Positions 49,959-60,669 of a DNA stretch of 64,000 bases are shown here, piece by piece. The stretch lies in contig CDMY01000347.1 of assembly GCA_001179505.1 (NCBI GenBank), positions 310,001 through 374,000 on the forward strand. The letters run 5' to 3'. Below the pieces are notes generated by a model. It did no database searches. It had not been told where the DNA came from and worked only from the letters and a program-made list of their open reading frames with translations. Both the position numbers and the translations under genes were made by a program. The DNA comes from Vitrella brassicaformis CCMP3155. Taxonomy: Eukaryota > Protista > Chromerida. Within the stretch, counting starts at the first letter, position 1. Every line of letters begins with the position of its first letter.

Positions 49959-50060
49959 CTTTCACACGAACTTGAAGACGCCTGCAAGCCGGTGTCGCAC
50001 AAGATCTGCATAGGACACGCACATCATGTACTGATGCATTCACGTACGCAGCCATGGTAC

Positions 50061-50198
50061 CTTGACGCGGTGGGGGCCTGAAGTGACTCGGTACACCTTC
50101 ATGGCGAAGTCGCCCACTCGGCGCCTGCTGTGTGCGGCGAGGACGACACTCTCTTCGCCGCCACCGAGGACCTTCACTCCACGCGTCGCGAGGTCAAA
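50061..50198 (-). pseudogene. Isolated exon resembling a protein-kinase N-lobe (RIO/atypical-like)
   Basis: AG/GT-bounded 46-codon exon FDLATRGVKVLGGGEESVVLAAHSRRRVGDFAMKVYRVTSGPHRVK, with a Gly-loop-like and an AxK-like motif. No catalytic exons found. Confidence 0.3.
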
Positions 50199-51857
50199 CT
50201 GACAGGGAGAAAGGAACAACCATGCACGCAGTGAATGCATCGACGCCGTCCACAGCGTGCCCATCTTCTTTCTTGCGTACCAGAAACGCCCAGTTCTTGT
50301 GCACGACATCTCCCCACCGTTCCGGCGGCCCAAAGAGAAAGGATGAGGAGAGAAAGCAGCAGGATGGCTACAGAGGGGAAAAATGGATGAAATCACGCTT
50401 TTTTCCATGAGAGACGTCCCGTCTCGCATCAGTCGAGAATTTTGCCATCCGAAAACACCCTGAGGAAATGGCGCAGCGGATCGCAATGAGACCGCTGCCG
50501 CGCGGAGTCCCAACCATCAGCCCCCAGGCCCAGGTGGCACTGCCAGTGGATCGCGTGTTTCCCTTCTCTCCCGTCTCAAATTGAATGCTCCTTGATGCAT
50601 GTCCCAAATTGAATGCTGCTCTCCTTGATGCTGCTGGCGATGGCCGCCAAAGTGCGCCCTCTGGTATGCCTTTGCACGGCAAGCTGAGGAAGTTCAGAAG
50701 CACCTGGACGGAGAAGTGCCCGATTTCTGCCTGGGTGACCGACGATCTCGAGAAGGGGCTCGGCATGGCCCTCGACGCGCTGTGATGTACGTGTCTCTCT
50801 GCCTCTCTGTGCGTGTGTGTGTGTGCATTTATAAGTGTACGTGTGTGAACCTTTTTGAATCTCACGCAGACAGGAATGAATGGGTCTGGGTGTGAGTGTT
50901 TGTCTGTCGCAATGAAGCACCCGTGGCAGCATTGGGGGCTCTCCTTCTCTGCTCTGCTCTCGCTCTCGACGTCTTTGCTGTATTCTCTTGTCTGGTTCTT
51001 CCTCAATTGTCTCTTGGTCCTAATTGGTTCCTATTGCACTCTCGTTGCTGACTGAGGGAATTTGCTCGCTGCCAATGCCTTCCTGCTGCTGCGGCAAGGC
51101 GCCAAGGCATGCGAAGCGCACTGAGTATGTGTTTCTTCGTTCGGTCCGTGTGTCTCACTGTCTGGTCTCCTCCCTTTTTTTAGAAGGCGCCTGCTTTGAT
51201 GGCACCACAAACACGCATTCCTTCACAAATAGGTGCAGGAGTGCGCTTTCTCCTACCGCCGTGTTGTGTGTGTGTGTCGTGTGCATGACACGTGCTCCAT
51301 TCCCCACGTGTGTGTGTCGATCTCTGCACTGTCTGCGCTGATGTGCACATGCCCGTCTCCGTGTCCCTTTTCCCCCTTGTCTCACTCCCCCTCCATTTAT
51401 AAGATTCCATTGCACGCGACGAGATAATGAGATATGTGGCACGATCCTTCAATCCACACACGAACCCTTGTGTCTTGACCTCATACACGCGTAACCCAGC
51501 CTTGCGGTTTGACCGAAGCAGGCAGTGTGGCAGAGAAGAGAAGGTGCGCAAGTGGGACCGCCATCTCGCCTGTCTGAACGAGGCGACGACACCACCAACA
51601 GACCCATCTGACCTCCACAGACAGCCTGCCAGCTCATGCCGCAGCCCATTACCATTACGCATCCCAGAACGACGACAGAACCGACACAAACAGATGGAAA
51701 GACAGTATGCGGGCAGGGCCAGATGGAACGACAGATAAACCAGGCACCGCTGGACGCAAAAAGACAGTCCGATGAAGAATGAGCATACTCGTCGGAGGGG
51801 CCTCAGGCAGACCACCACACACCCATACACACGAAAGGTCGAAAGGCGACCTCTCAC

Positions 51858-53048
51858 TCAACCGCCCATCATGCTGTCCCGGCGGCCCTCAACGATCAGA
51901 CACGACACTATCTCCCGCATCCTATCCACTCGCTTGAACGTCTCGTGCATCGGGAACCCATCAACCGTCATCGCCAGCTCCTTGGTGGCGCCATCCCGCA
52001 CACCAGCCTCACAGAGGGCAGCAGCCACCTGTCGCTCGTCCGCATCAGTGGTGAAGAGCTCATCGAAGGAGAAGGAGCCATCGCCAGCGAACACCATGAG
52101 AGCGCTCGTGAGGGCGGCGAGGGCGTATGCGCCCCAGTTGGACACACTCGCGACGATGAGAGAATGGCAGGACACCGCACAGGCGATCTGCGCACCTTTG
52201 GGGATGTGCTGGGCGGTCCTGTGGGCTACCTTGCCGAGGCCTAGCTCATTGCCGCCGTCGCCGATGGCAGTGGTGAGGGGGCGGATCCCGTCCTGCGGCC
52301 CGGTCAGCGACCAGTGGAACAGGATGTCCAGAGGCGCCACATCTGACGTCATATCCAGCCCCCTCATGGTGTAGTAGCGACCATCAGCCGCACGCCCCGA
52401 CCTCTCAACAGCCACCAGGTGGTCAAGCTCCTCCCACAAAGCCCTCAACCGCCTCACGCCGGGAAGCTGCCGACGATCAGCGAGCTTGTGAAGGGGGACT
52501 GACGCAATACACGAGCCGTTCTCGCAGAACTCAGCTGGATGGAAAGACTCCACCGTCAGCCGCTTGTTTGCCAGCGCCTTGTGCAGGTAGGGATGGGCCG
52601 CCACAGCTGCCAGGAGGGGAGCCTCGTTGATGCCGTCGGTCAAGAGGACGACGGCCTCCTTGTGACCCCGCAGCAGACACTTGGCCACGGCGAGCGCTCC
52701 CGGCGGGCCATCGGTTTCCGTCGGAGGGTGCGAGTCTCGGTTGCATGGGAAGCCTGTGAGGATCCCAACCCTCCGCACGTGTGGCTGGGACAGGAGGAAC
52801 GCGCTGCGACGAAGGCCGTCATCTGAAGATGCAACACACGACCACAGGACAGCTGTGCGTTCCTCCAGACCTCCGGTGTACCGTGTGTGGTCATCCGTAC
52901 CTGTTTCCGGTCCCAGCAGCTGCCGAATGCCTCTCCCTCCTTCATCCTTCTGCGTCAGGTGCTCGAGAGATGCCGTAGTCTGATGGTACAGATCTTCTGA
53001 AGGAGCGAGAGGAGCATTCGGGGAGCGGTCCATCCCTGGGTGCGGCAT
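51858..53048 (-). CDS. Intronless DUF4392 / D-glutamate cyclase C-terminal-domain-like protein
   Basis: GRGIRQL, VGILTGFPC, ETDGPPGALAVA, LVAVERSGRAADGRYYTMRG, AIGDGGNELGLG, LIVASVSNWGAYAL and GVRDG...TVDG, which are the motifs I recall for DUF4392. Confidence 0.85.
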   Translation of the reverse strand: MPHPGMDRSPNAPLAPSEDLYHQTTASLEHLTQKDEGGRGIRQLLGPETGTDDHTRYTGGLEERTAVLWSCVASSDDGLRRSAFLLSQPHVRRVGILTGFPCNRDSHPPTETDGPPGALAVAKCLLRGHKEAVVLLTDGINEAPLLAAVAAHPYLHKALANKRLTVESFHPAEFCENGSCIASVPLHKLADRRQLPGVRRLRALWEELDHLVAVERSGRAADGRYYTMRGLDMTSDVAPLDILFHWSLTGPQDGIRPLTTAIGDGGNELGLGKVAHRTAQHIPKGAQIACAVSCHSLIVASVSNWGAYALAALTSALMVFAGDGSFSFDELFTTDADERQVAAALCEAGVRDGATKELAMTVDGFPMHETFKRVDRMREIVSCLIVEGRRDSMMGG

Positions 53049-53525
53049 CAAGGGAACCCAAGCTGCGAGCTTTTCAGCTTGCGAGCTCTCGAGATCTCGC
53101 CGTCTCTGTTTCTCCGTTCTCGTTAAATTCTGTCTTCAGCCTGCTGCGTGGGCTCGTGCAGGACCGTTCCCTGAGCTGAGTGCCTGTTTTGCACTGCCCG
53201 CACCTTCTCTTGTGGGACACCCCAACGGCTCTCAACGTCCAGGCGTTTGAGGTCTCAGGTGTTGAGAACCTCCCCGTGTCCTTAGCCCCAGCAGCCGTGT
53301 CTGTCCGACGTGTGTGGGCGCCGCCCTTGCCTAACCGCCAGAGTATGAGCGAGCACAGCCTGGACGTCAGCATCGGTACCGTACACACCTGCTGTGCTGC
53401 ACAGGCCAACCTCCCCTCAGACACGAGCGTCGGTGCCTGTCCTGTCCTGTCCTGTTGCTGTTGTGTGTGCAGACACTGCCGCCGACCGTGGCTCCGCCAC
53501 GCTGAGCCACCCGCAGAAGAAGGTC

Positions 53526-54378
53526 ATGGCCGCGGCTGACGAGTCGCCAGCCGCTGGAAGGCTGAGCAGCTACGCCTGGGACGCTTACGTGGCCGAGTTC
53601 GTGGGGACGTACTTCTTGGTGCTGACGATCGGGCTCAACGTCGTCCAGGAAAACTCGCTGGCGCCCCTCTCGATTGGCGCCATCCTCATGGTCATGATCT
53701 TCGCCATGGGCTCCGTCTCCGGCGCACACTACAATCCTGCCGGTAAGAGTGTGTGTGTGGTGTGGTGTGGTGCTATGAGACACGCAGGGGCTGGTGTGTC
53801 CGGATGTGGTGTGGTTTCTCACTTCCTCCTGAGTTGGTGTGTGTGTCGCAGTGACTTTGGCCGTGTACCTGTCTCGTCGCCAGAAGATCTCTCTGCGTGA
53901 CGCGGGCATCTACTGGGGCGTTCAGTGCCTGGCCGGCCTCATCGCGGGCGCCACATTTTGGGGCGTCCTGGGCGACTCGTTCCCACTCGAGCCCTCCGCG
54001 GCCCTCATCAGCGCCGACGGCAAGGCGGCTGCCATCCGGTCGGCCTGCCTGGTGGAGATCCTCTACACCTGCGCCCTCTGCTTTGTGATCCTCAACGTGG
54101 CGACGACCAAACAGGACACCCCCAACCACTACTTCGGCCTGGCCATCGGCAGCACCGTCGGGTCGGCGGCCATCGCCATCGGGGGCGTGTCGGGCTGCTC
54201 GCTCAACCCGGCCGTCTCCATTGGCGTCATTATCACACACGCCATTGCGTCGGGCAGTGGGGCCGGCCTGGCGTACCTCGGCCTCTACCTGCTGGCACCC
54301 CTCGTCGGCTCGGTCTTCGCCGCCGCCGTCTTCTACGCCGTCCGACCGGCCGAATACGGGCTGCCCTTCGGCAAATAG
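53526..54378 (+). CDS. Aquaporin (MIP family); 2 exons
   Basis: AEFVGTYFLVL, SGAHYNPA|VTLA (the intron falls right after the first NPA), VEILYT, GLAIG and SGCSLNPAV, with six hydrophobic helices. Confidence 0.95.
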
Positions 54379-55382
54379 ACGGACTCATAGGACGGCAGAC
54401 AGACAGACAGACAGACAGGCAACCAGGCAGGCAGAAGTGTGTGCTCATACAGTGGGCAGAGAGATACAGTGGGAGAGGAGGGGAGGGGAGAGAGAATCAA
54501 GTGCTTTTTGTGAGATGAGAGTGATCTGCTGGCTGAGCGCGCCCCTGCGTCGGCGCATTTTCATGTTCAAGTCACGAGCTTTTGCCGGCTGCCCAGGGAT
54601 AGAGGACGGTGAGTGACGTGAGACCAACGAACGAACAAATGAGTGGATGGAAAGACTGCCTGCCTGCCTGCCTGCCTGCGTCCGGCACTTCCTGCTCTGC
54701 TCTACCAGCCAAGTGCCTTTATTGGCTTGCCACCTGTCTGTCTGTCTGTCTGTCTGTCTGTCGGTGTCTGTCTGTCTCTGCTGTGTGGCCCAACTAAGTC
54801 TTTTTGCTGATCAGATGCGTGTGAGTGATGAGTGCCCCAGGCAAGCAAGTCGATGGAGAGAGAGACGGGAGAGTGGGGGAGAGAGAGATCGCAATGCAAG
54901 TTCGTTCAAGTGTGAGGGCCTAGGTAGCGTGTAGGCTCGTGTGTGTGCGGTGTGTAGAGTGTGGTGTGAATCAATCAAGTGTGTCGCTCTCGTGACGTCA
55001 TGTGACGATGTGTGAGGATGGGTGGGTCGTTTTTTCTAATCGCTGAGATGAATGAATGGAGGGACGCGCAAGGAATCTCATGTGTGTGGGTGTCGTGTGG
55101 GTGTCGACCATTGTCCCTAAGAGTGAATGCGACACCGTGGCAGCAGAGAAACCAGGTCAATCAGCAGCAAATCCATCAGGGACCACCCGAATTTGGAGTC
55201 CGAAACGCACGCACACCAGAGCAGCAGAGGAAGTGACAGACAGACCGGCTAGCCCGACCCTGGCTGACATCCAATCCATCCATCTAAATTAGCCCCGGTT
55301 GGGCGACATGAAAGCACCGCATGGACCTAGGTTGATCGTCTCACGTCACACACACACGTCCGTGTCCTCCCTAGCTACCTAC

Positions 55383-57237
55383 CTATAGCAACGGCAGTCT
55401 CTCAACAGAGTAAGGGCAGATGCTGGCCTCGCTCACACCCCCCATGTTTCCTCCTCGTGGCGCCCTTTCGCACCAGTCGACCTCATCTTCAGGCTGGAAG
55501 TTCCTCACCGCCCAACACAGGTACGAGCAAAGGTGCGCCGGCCACACCTGAAGCGGGCTGTTGATGTCGTTTGGCTCCCCAATCTCCTCTCCGCTGATTT
55601 CAACTCGTCCGGGAAAGTCGACGTATTCAACAATGCGCAGCTCGTCTTTGGGCGTCTCATCGGCACTGCACCCGGGAAATGTCTCGCAGCCAGCCTCCGG
55701 TATGAAGTCGAACTCAAATGCAAGGCTGCGGACGTTGAGTGTCTCCACCAGGAGATCGGCGAAGGTTTGGTCGAAGCCACGGAGGGGCGAGAAGGCGACC
55801 AGGTCCACACGGCTGTCTGAAAAGGTCGTTGCGAGGCCGAGGGCAATGTAGCTGGCCACAGTTGAACCTGAAGGCATCATGCGCAATACAAAGAGAGAGG
55901 CCCAATGCGACGCGTCTGCCGTGTCGTTCCATACCGAGCGAGAATCCAGTGACAACGACCCTCTCGGCCATCGATGCTTCCACAATCCGCCTCAGTGACG
56001 GAAACACGGCTCGCAAAAGCTCCCCATAGCCTTCCCGAATCATGGGATCGGCTGCCGCAGAGGTGCTCGAGCCCTCGATGATGTCAAAGAAGGACACTTG
56101 ATCGTCAAAGGTCAGCAGCCGCCCTTCTGTCAATGTCACCGTGCCCCGCACGATAATCAAAAGCTCTTCGCCGTCGTCCTTTTCCACCACTTGAACAAAG
56201 GGCGTTTCTCGCAGACCACCATCCTCCAACTCGGCTGCGCGCAGACACGAAGCATGGACATCAGACAGAGACCCGCAAAATCCGTCAACTCACGAGTCTC
56301 GACGAGGTTGAGGAAGCTGGTGGTGGTCCATCCGGGAATGGGCGGGTCAGGCAGCGAGTCCACACCCATGCAGGGCGCGTTGTAGAGGTTGCTGAGAATC
56401 CTGAACAGGATATAGAAGGTCAGACCCTCGCTTTGCACGATGTCGTCAGGTATGGGCGAGGGCACGTTGCCGGTCAGGTCTTGAAGGAACAGATCGGCTG
56501 ACTCAATCGTCGCGTCGAGCACTGGTTCGCGGGGGCTGGCGATGCCAGGAAGGGTGGCCAGCAGCTCATCGCAGGCTGACGCACGCACAGACAGCACACA
56601 GACACATGTGTGCGCATTTCCTCCATCCATATCATCATATTCCGGCTCACTCTCGAAAATGAAGTTTCCGCCACAGAGCAAGGCTGCACAGCAGCAGAGC
56701 AGCAACAAGGTGCACACGCACATCCACGTGAGTCTCATGATGCGTAGGCTGATCTGTCTGTCCATATGCCCACGTACCAGTCAGGAGGCACAGCCTTGAC
56801 TCGCACACCTTGGCCGGCTGCCCCAGCATCCCAGTGGCCTGCTCAGTGTAGCACTCGCACTGCGCCCGTATCACGTCGACAAATGGGTTCTTGATGACGT
56901 CCTCAATCACTGCCTCAACTGCACCACTGCCCTCCGAAGTGTCCGCACCTGTCACAGCGAAACCACCAAGAAGACCCACCGCTCCCGCATTGACGAGGTC
57001 CTTGGCGCATTCTATCGCCCCAACTGGTCCAAGCGGGGCAAGACAGGAGACCAAGCCGACTCCCTTGGCATCGCAGTCAAGGGCAGGGGTGGGGAATGGG
57101 GCAGGCAGGGAGAGAAGAAGGGATTCAGTCTGCGGTAACGGTTGTGGTGAGACGAGGGGGAGCAAGAGGGACACCAGCAGGATCGTGAGAGGGACACCAG
57201 TTTGGAAATGCCATTGCATCATCCCTCCCGATCTCAT
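55383..57237 (-). CDS. Secreted class 3 (fungal-type) lipase with a Cys-rich N-terminal region; multi-exon
   Basis: Signal peptide; LLIIVRGT; spliced VVVTGFSLG|STVASYIAL; DFIP (Asp) and AHLCSY (His), giving a putative Ser-Asp-His triad. Confidence 0.8.
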
Positions 57238-57397
57238 TGTGAACGTGGGAGAGGGCGCATTGAGGTACCAGACCGTTCATGTAAACTTCAAGGTAAACTT
57301 CCGAGGGAAGGTCCGTCCTGTAACCAATCGGCTATAGCCGAGGTTATCCATCTGCGGGCCGACACATCATTTCCTCAACACGTCCTGTGTGTTGCCA

Positions 57398-60112
57398 ATG
57401 GACGACTATGATCGGTGGGACGACTTCACTGTCGACCAAGATGAGCTCCTTCAGGGCGCGTTCGACAGCATCCCTGACCATGCCGACCAGCCCATCCCTC
57501 CCTCCGCTGCCGTCGCTCCACCACGCCAGCAGCAGCAGCAGCAGCAGCATTCAGAGCCAGATGTGGACTCGTTCATCCGCAGAGAGATGGACCAAGATGC
57601 CCAGAACCAACAGCAGCAGGGTGAGGGAGCGGCTGAGCCCAGCCGGCGCAGATCGCAGCCTCAGCATCAGCAGGCGAGCGGCCCGGGTCCTGAGGAGGAA
57701 GATGACTTCGACGACCACAACGATATTAATGACGGCGGGCTCGACGCAGATCTCATGGGCGGCGGTGATGGTGAGCCGGTGGGTGAGTGTGAGATGGTGT
57801 ACGAGGACGCGCCGCTGGGCGAGTGTGTGCGGCTGTGCGGGTCGGAGGAGTCCTGGCGGACATACTACCTCAAACTGATGCCGGAGAGGGACGAGGGCGA
57901 GGAGGAGGGGGGCCGGGCGGTCGGGGGCAAGGGAAGGGGCAGATCCCTCCTGAAGGTGCCCATCGCAGAGCTGATCCGGTGAGCGAATTGGTGAGCCGAA
58001 GGAATGACGTTGACGGTGTATGCTGGTGGGTTGCAGGCAGTGTGACGAGGACAGGGCTCGCGAGCAGCGGGATGGCGCGGCGGAAAGCGATGCACCACAC
58101 GAGGATCGCAAGGTGGGCAAGGTGGGTGTGGTGTGGTGTGGTGTGGGTGAGGGCTGACAATCTTGTGTGTGTGGCTGTTTGCAGGAGGGTGAGAGGAGGC
58201 GACGCAAGAAGGGCTCGGACGACCAGCTGTGGGTCGACAAATACAGACCCAGATCGTGACCTTACAGCACTCACCTCACCCACCCTCCACCCACCCACCC
58301 ACCCACCCACCCACACACACATCGCCATGTGCTTCATCTGTGTGTGTGTGTAGGTTCATCGATCTGCTGAGTGACGGCATAGTCAACAGGGAGGTGCTCA
58401 AGTGGGTCATGGAGTGGACGCCCGAGCGGTTCGACCCAGGATACGCCAAGCGCCCCCATCCCGCTCCCACAGGTGCCTCCTCACACCAGCAGCACCAGCA
58501 GCCGGACCGCCGCAACATCTACCAGAAGCAGTCGCCCTATGACGCAGCGGGCAAAGGTGCGTCAGGGATGGCATCCGTGCGTGTGTGGGGCCCTACTTGT
58601 GTGATGTGGGGGGGTGGGTGGTTTGTTTGCAGGAGGGTATCAGGAGAAGGAGGCCGCGGACTATAAGGTCAGTTGGACGGAAGGCAGCGGCGTCGTTGAC
58701 ATCCCATCCATCCCTTTGCCGTTCAGGCCATCTTGCTGGCCGGTCCGCCTGGTGTGGGCAAGACCACGCTCGCCCATATCGTAGCCAAACACTGCGGGTC
58801 CGCTGCCCCCTGTGCACTCCACAACACACGGCACACTCCTTCCTCACTTGTGTGTGTGTCCTTACCTTATGTGTGTGGTGGTTCAGGTATTCTGCCTTTG
58901 AGGTCAACGCCAGCGACGACCGGACGGCAGCCACCCTGAGCAAAAAGATCGAGGGCGTCTGTACGTGCGCCACGATGGAGGGCAAGTAAGCCGAAATCAG
59001 ACAGAGCCATCTAGACACGCGACGCCCTCCCTCTCCCATGGATGCGATGCAGGCCGACCATTCTTGTGTTGGACGAGATTGACGGCATAGCAGGGGGCGG
59101 TGGCGAAGAGACCGCCGAGGGCCCGGGCAGCTCCTGCAAGGCCGTTGAGACCATACTCAAACTGTTGGACCGCAAGATCAAGGGCAAGAACACATCCTAC
59201 ATCAGACGGTGCGACCACATGACACACGACACGGCAGGTGCACGCCCAATGTCTGCACACACATGCAGGCCGATAATCTGTATCTGCAACGACATCTACG
59301 CGCGTGCGCTGCGTCCGCTGCGCGACAAGGTGAAGGTGTTCCAGGTGCAGACAGGCGGCCTCCGCCGTCTGGTGGACCGCCTCAAGCACATCAGCGACAG
59401 CGAGGGCGTGGCCGTAGACAAGACCACGCTCGAGTACCTCGCCCGCATGGTCAACCTCGACATACGCGCCGCAATCAACAGCCTTCAGCTGCTGGCCAGG
59501 TGCACCATCAGGACAGACAGGAAGGACAACACACAAAGGTGTCTGTGCGTCAATCTGTCTCTGTGCGTGTGTGGTGTGGTGGGGTGGGTGTAGGCGCCGT
59601 GGCGGCGGCTCCTATGTGACACTGGACGACCTGCGGCAGATGGGCGAGGCGGCGCTCACTGGCGGCAAGGACCGCACACTCAGCGAAATAGAACTCGCCA
59701 AGACCGTCTTCAGACCCACCACGTGACATCCCATACACACACACACTCACACAGACCACATGGCCGGACTGCTATGTGCCCTCTCTCTGCAGGTCGCAGA
59801 ATCTGCCGCTGGAGCTGCGTCAGATGATGGGTGTCAGTGGCAGGTCCCAGACAGCGTCGCGGGCCGACCTGGTGATCAAGCAGGTGGCCCTCGAGACGGG
59901 CGCCCTGGACTACCAGACATACGCCACCGTCTTCACCGAAAACCTGCTCAAGGTGAGATGAGATGGCTGCGGGGAGGCGGGGAGGCATTATGGCTGGATG
60001 GCTGGATGGCTGGATGGATGGATGTGTGTGTGCGCAGGTGGATTATTCTGACCCGCTGCTGCGCCACACGGCAGAGATTATGAGTGAGGCCGGGGAGAGA
60101 GCAAGCAACAGG

Positions 60113-60144
<32 letters not shown>

Positions 60145-60634
60145 TGTTGTCCAGCCCGTCTCGCCGAGGGAGATGTCTTCGGCAACGCCGCCTTCAGACG
60201 GCAGCAGGTACGCAAGCCCCCCACCCACCCAAACACACCCATCCCATCTATCCGATGCCCATTTTCTCCCTCCCTCCATGTCAGCCGCTATTCCACGCGT
60301 ACGGCCTGCTGTCGCCCCTTCTCTACGCCACCACCCACTGCACCGCCCTCGGCCACCTCCCAAGGTTCCTGCCTCCATTCGACGACATCCACGCGCGGCC
60401 GCAGCGTCGCGCGCGTCAGGCGTTGCCGCACGCCGTGGTGGACAAGTGCCTGCCCGTGCTGGCCAGAGGTGTCATGAGCCGCGACTTCACGTACACGACT
60501 GCACCGCATGTGGTGGACATTGTGCTGCCCAGCAAGGAGGCCACGCACCCAAGCTGGTTCAGGAACCAGAACATCGCACTGGGTGAGCGGGTGGATGAGG
60601 GGAGGGGAGCAACAGGCGTAGATGGTGGTCTTGT

Positions 60635-60669
<35 letters not shown>

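Noticed and set aside
50469-50500. Hairpin GCAGCGG...CCGCTGC as a SECIS or other structured RNA
   Set aside because: A short GC stem expected by chance, with no non-Watson-Crick quartet context and no UGA-containing gene upstream.
56647-56780. Apparent ATGA stop/start overlap suggesting a bicistronic arrangement (small secreted gene plus lipase starting MRLTWMCVC)
   Set aside because: It needs a 29-nt intron. A roughly 90-nt intron (GTACGT...TGTGCAG) joins both parts in frame as one lipase gene.
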